From Carcharhinus amblyrhynchos (lineage: Eukaryota): a DNA stretch of 64,000 nucleotides. Numbering within the stretch: position 1 is the first letter of the stretch; the number at the start of each line of letters is the position of its first letter. The notes under the pieces are model-generated. The model had not been told where the DNA came from. It saw nothing but the letters and a program-made list of their open reading frames with translations, and did not search any database. The stretch is taken from positions 37,324,001 through 37,388,000 of the forward strand of contig OZ336873.1 of assembly GCA_965287045.1 (NCBI GenBank), in the 5' to 3' direction. This document shows positions 61,628 through 64,000 of the stretch, piece by piece. The position numbers and the translations under genes are program-made.

Positions 61628-61710
61628 GACACCAGGTTTTAGTCCAAAACCTGGTGTTGTCAGACTTTTCACTGTGTTTACGCCAGTCCAACGCCGGCAT
61701 ACCCACATCA
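61628..61710 (+). mobile_element. 83-bp fold-back Penelope-derived insertion with 14-bp TSD
   Basis: Hairpin acaccaggtttt-agtcc-aaaacctggtgt plus PLE tail ...gcatacccacatca; TSD tgcagtaacaagat at 61614-61627 and 61711-61724. Confidence 0.88.
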
Positions 61711-61764
61711 TGCAGTAACAAGATCAGTTCTTCTCCACTTTCTTCAAACCAGCCTCCCCTCCAT

Positions 61765-62076
61765 TGACTCAGTCTACACTTCCCACTGTCTTGGAAAAAT
61801 AGCCAGCATAATCAAGATACAAAAGCCTGAGATCACATACCAACCGATTCAAGAGCAGCTTCTTCCCTGCCGCCATCAGACATTTGAATGGATTTACCTT
61901 GCATTAAGTTGATCTTTCTCTGCACTGTAGCTATGAACATAACATTATATTCTTCACTCTCTCCTTTCCTTCTCTCCTAATTACTCACGAACGGTATGTT
62001 TTGTCTGTATATTGCCCAAGAAACAATACTTCTGACTGTCTTCCAATACATGTGATGATAATAAATCAAATCAAAT
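61765..62076 (+). mobile_element. Rex1/Babar 3' end
   Basis: gatacaaaagcctgagatcacataccaaccgattcaagagcagcttcttccc...aataaatcaaatcaaatc. Confidence 0.85.
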
Positions 62077-62209
62077 CTCTCTGAAATCCTCATAAGATCT
62101 GCATGAGCTGTAAATTTTTTGGGAGGGGTTTATATTGTAAACAATGCATCCTGTAAATCTGTCTCCATCTGTGCATCGTGCTGCTGCAGATGCACAAGAC
62201 TGGAACAGC

Positions 62210-63435
62210 GGATCCCAACTGTTCGCTTTATATATGAATGATTTGGAAGAGAGAACTGAATCTCCAAATTTGCAGCTGATACAAAGCTGGTGGGCGGGTG
62301 AGCTGTGAGGGGGATACAAAGATGCTTCAGTATGATTTGGACAGGCTGAGTGTGTGGGCATAAGCATAGCAGATGCAGTCTAATGTGGACAAATGTGAGA
62401 TTATCCACTCTTATTGGTAGCAATAGTAGGAAAACAGATTATGACTTGAATGGGTATAAATTGAGAGAGGTGGATACTCATGCATCAGTCATTGAAAGTA
62501 AGTCTGCAGGTACAGCAGGCTGTAAAGCAGGCAAATGGTATGTTAGCCTTCATAGTTAAAGTTTTTTTAAAGTTTATTTATTAGCCACAGCTAAGGCTTA
62601 CATTAACACTGCAATGAAGTTACTGTGAAATTCCCCTAGTCACCACGGTCTGGCACCTGTTCGGGCCAACGCACCTAACCAGCACGTCTTTCAGAATGTG
62701 GGAGGAAACCGGAGCACCCGGAGGAAACCCACACAGACACGGGGAGAACGTGCAAACTCCAAACAGACAGTGACCCAAGCCGGGAATCGAACCAGGTCCC
62801 TGATGCTGTGAGGCAGCAGAGCTAGCCACTGTGCTACCATGCCGCACCCTGAATGAGAGAGTTTGAGTATATGGATAGGGATGTTTTACTGCAATTGTAT
62901 AGAGCATTGGTGAGGCCACACCTGGAGTATTGTGCACAGTTTTGGTGTCCTTTTCTGAGAAAGGATGTCCTTGCTGTAGGGGGTGTATAGTAGAGGTTTA
63001 CCAGGCTGATTCCCGGGATGGGAGGTCTGCCATATGAGAAGAGACTAAGTCAGTTAGGATTGATTTCCCTGGAGGCCAGAAGAGTGAGAAGGGATTGCAC
63101 CAAAACTTATAAAATTCTAACAGGATTAGACAGAATAGAATCTGAAAGAATGTTCTCAATGGCAGAAGAGTCCAGAACTAGGGGTTATAGTTTGAGGATA
63201 AAGGGTAAACCTTTTAGAACTGAGGTGATGCATGTGTGGAATTCACTGCCACAGAATGTAGTTGAGGCCAAAATGTTGTCTGATTTCAAGAAGCTGTAAG
63301 GGCTAAAGGAATCAAGAGATATGTAGGGAAGGGAGGATCAGGATATTGAATTTGATGATAAGCTTGATCAAAGTGAATGCTTAAGCAGGCCCAAAGGGTC
63401 GAATGGCCTACTCCTGCTTCTTGTTCCTATGTTTC
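62210..63435 (+). mobile_element. CR1 RT/3' remnant interrupted by a SINE
   Basis: SKFAADTKL, RALVRPHLEYCAQFW, ORF 63018-63299; CR1 tail cctactcctgcttc. Confidence 0.88.
62558..62849 (-). mobile_element. V-SINE, tail type B (CpG-rich, likely young)
   Basis: Family match with many intact CpGs. Confidence 0.9.
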
Positions 63436-64000
63436 TATTAGGTCCTGCCAACAGTAATAAGGAAGTCAGCTGGGTCCCAAAAATGTCAGCCATTTTGGGT
63501 GATGTGAGTTTGGGGTTCCAGAAGGCCCCCATGAGGCAGGCAGGCAATTACGCCAAGAGATTGGTGAAGCAGGGCCCCAAGAGGAGGCTGACTGAGGTTT
63601 TCCAATTTACTCCAATCTATCAGGGCAGGTCAACCGATTGGAGGTGGCACCCAGGGACAGGTGCTCCCTGCCTTGGTGTGGCTGCAGCCAAAGACTGCCC
63701 TATAAAGGGGCTCCTCCCACAACTATGGCATCCTGAGTGTGCTTTTTGTATTTTTTAATTAATGTTCATAAGAAGTGCCAGGGAGGGAGCCTGACAAAAC
63801 ACCTTCTTAGTTAAGTACCTTATACTTTAGCTCTCCTGAAGTAGGAAGTCTTCTGACTGACTTTACAGCTTTGACAGCCCGCCAATGTCCCTAACCTTCA
63901 AGGAACCTGTCTCCATACTGATTGAGGAGATGTCCCAGTTAATGTTGCAGGTCGGTGACTGTTTCTCCTCCGAGATAATTCAGGATCAGGAACAGCCCTG

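Overview
This is repeat-dense, non-coding vertebrate genomic DNA. The repeat inventory points to a cartilaginous fish, probably a shark: HE1-like V-SINEs, DeuSINE/SacSINE1-like copies, CR1/HER1-like, Rex1/Babar and L2 LINEs, Penelope-like elements and GGGC-TIR MITEs. That assignment is inferred from family resemblance, not from a database search. I found no intact host gene, rRNA, true tRNA gene or CRISPR array. Almost all ORFs in the track are retroelement fragments or chance ORFs; the longest (18903-19811) is a CR1 reverse transcriptase fragment with a premature stop. The most notable system is a set of eight Penelope-like (PLE) insertions of 83 bp to 1.2 kb. Most carry a minimal type-I hammerhead ribozyme whose stem II varies between copies while keeping its base pairing. 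Four are fold-back (inverted) insertions, and seven have 9-14 bp target-site duplications (TSDs). One has captured a 61-bp copy of DNA from 1.1 kb away at its inversion junction. A second locally templated insert (29 bp) sits in a Rex1 tail. A few minus-strand exon-like segments and a piggyBac-like Cys-rich remnant are reported at low confidence. Coordinates were counted by eye, so ends of degenerate repeats are approximate.
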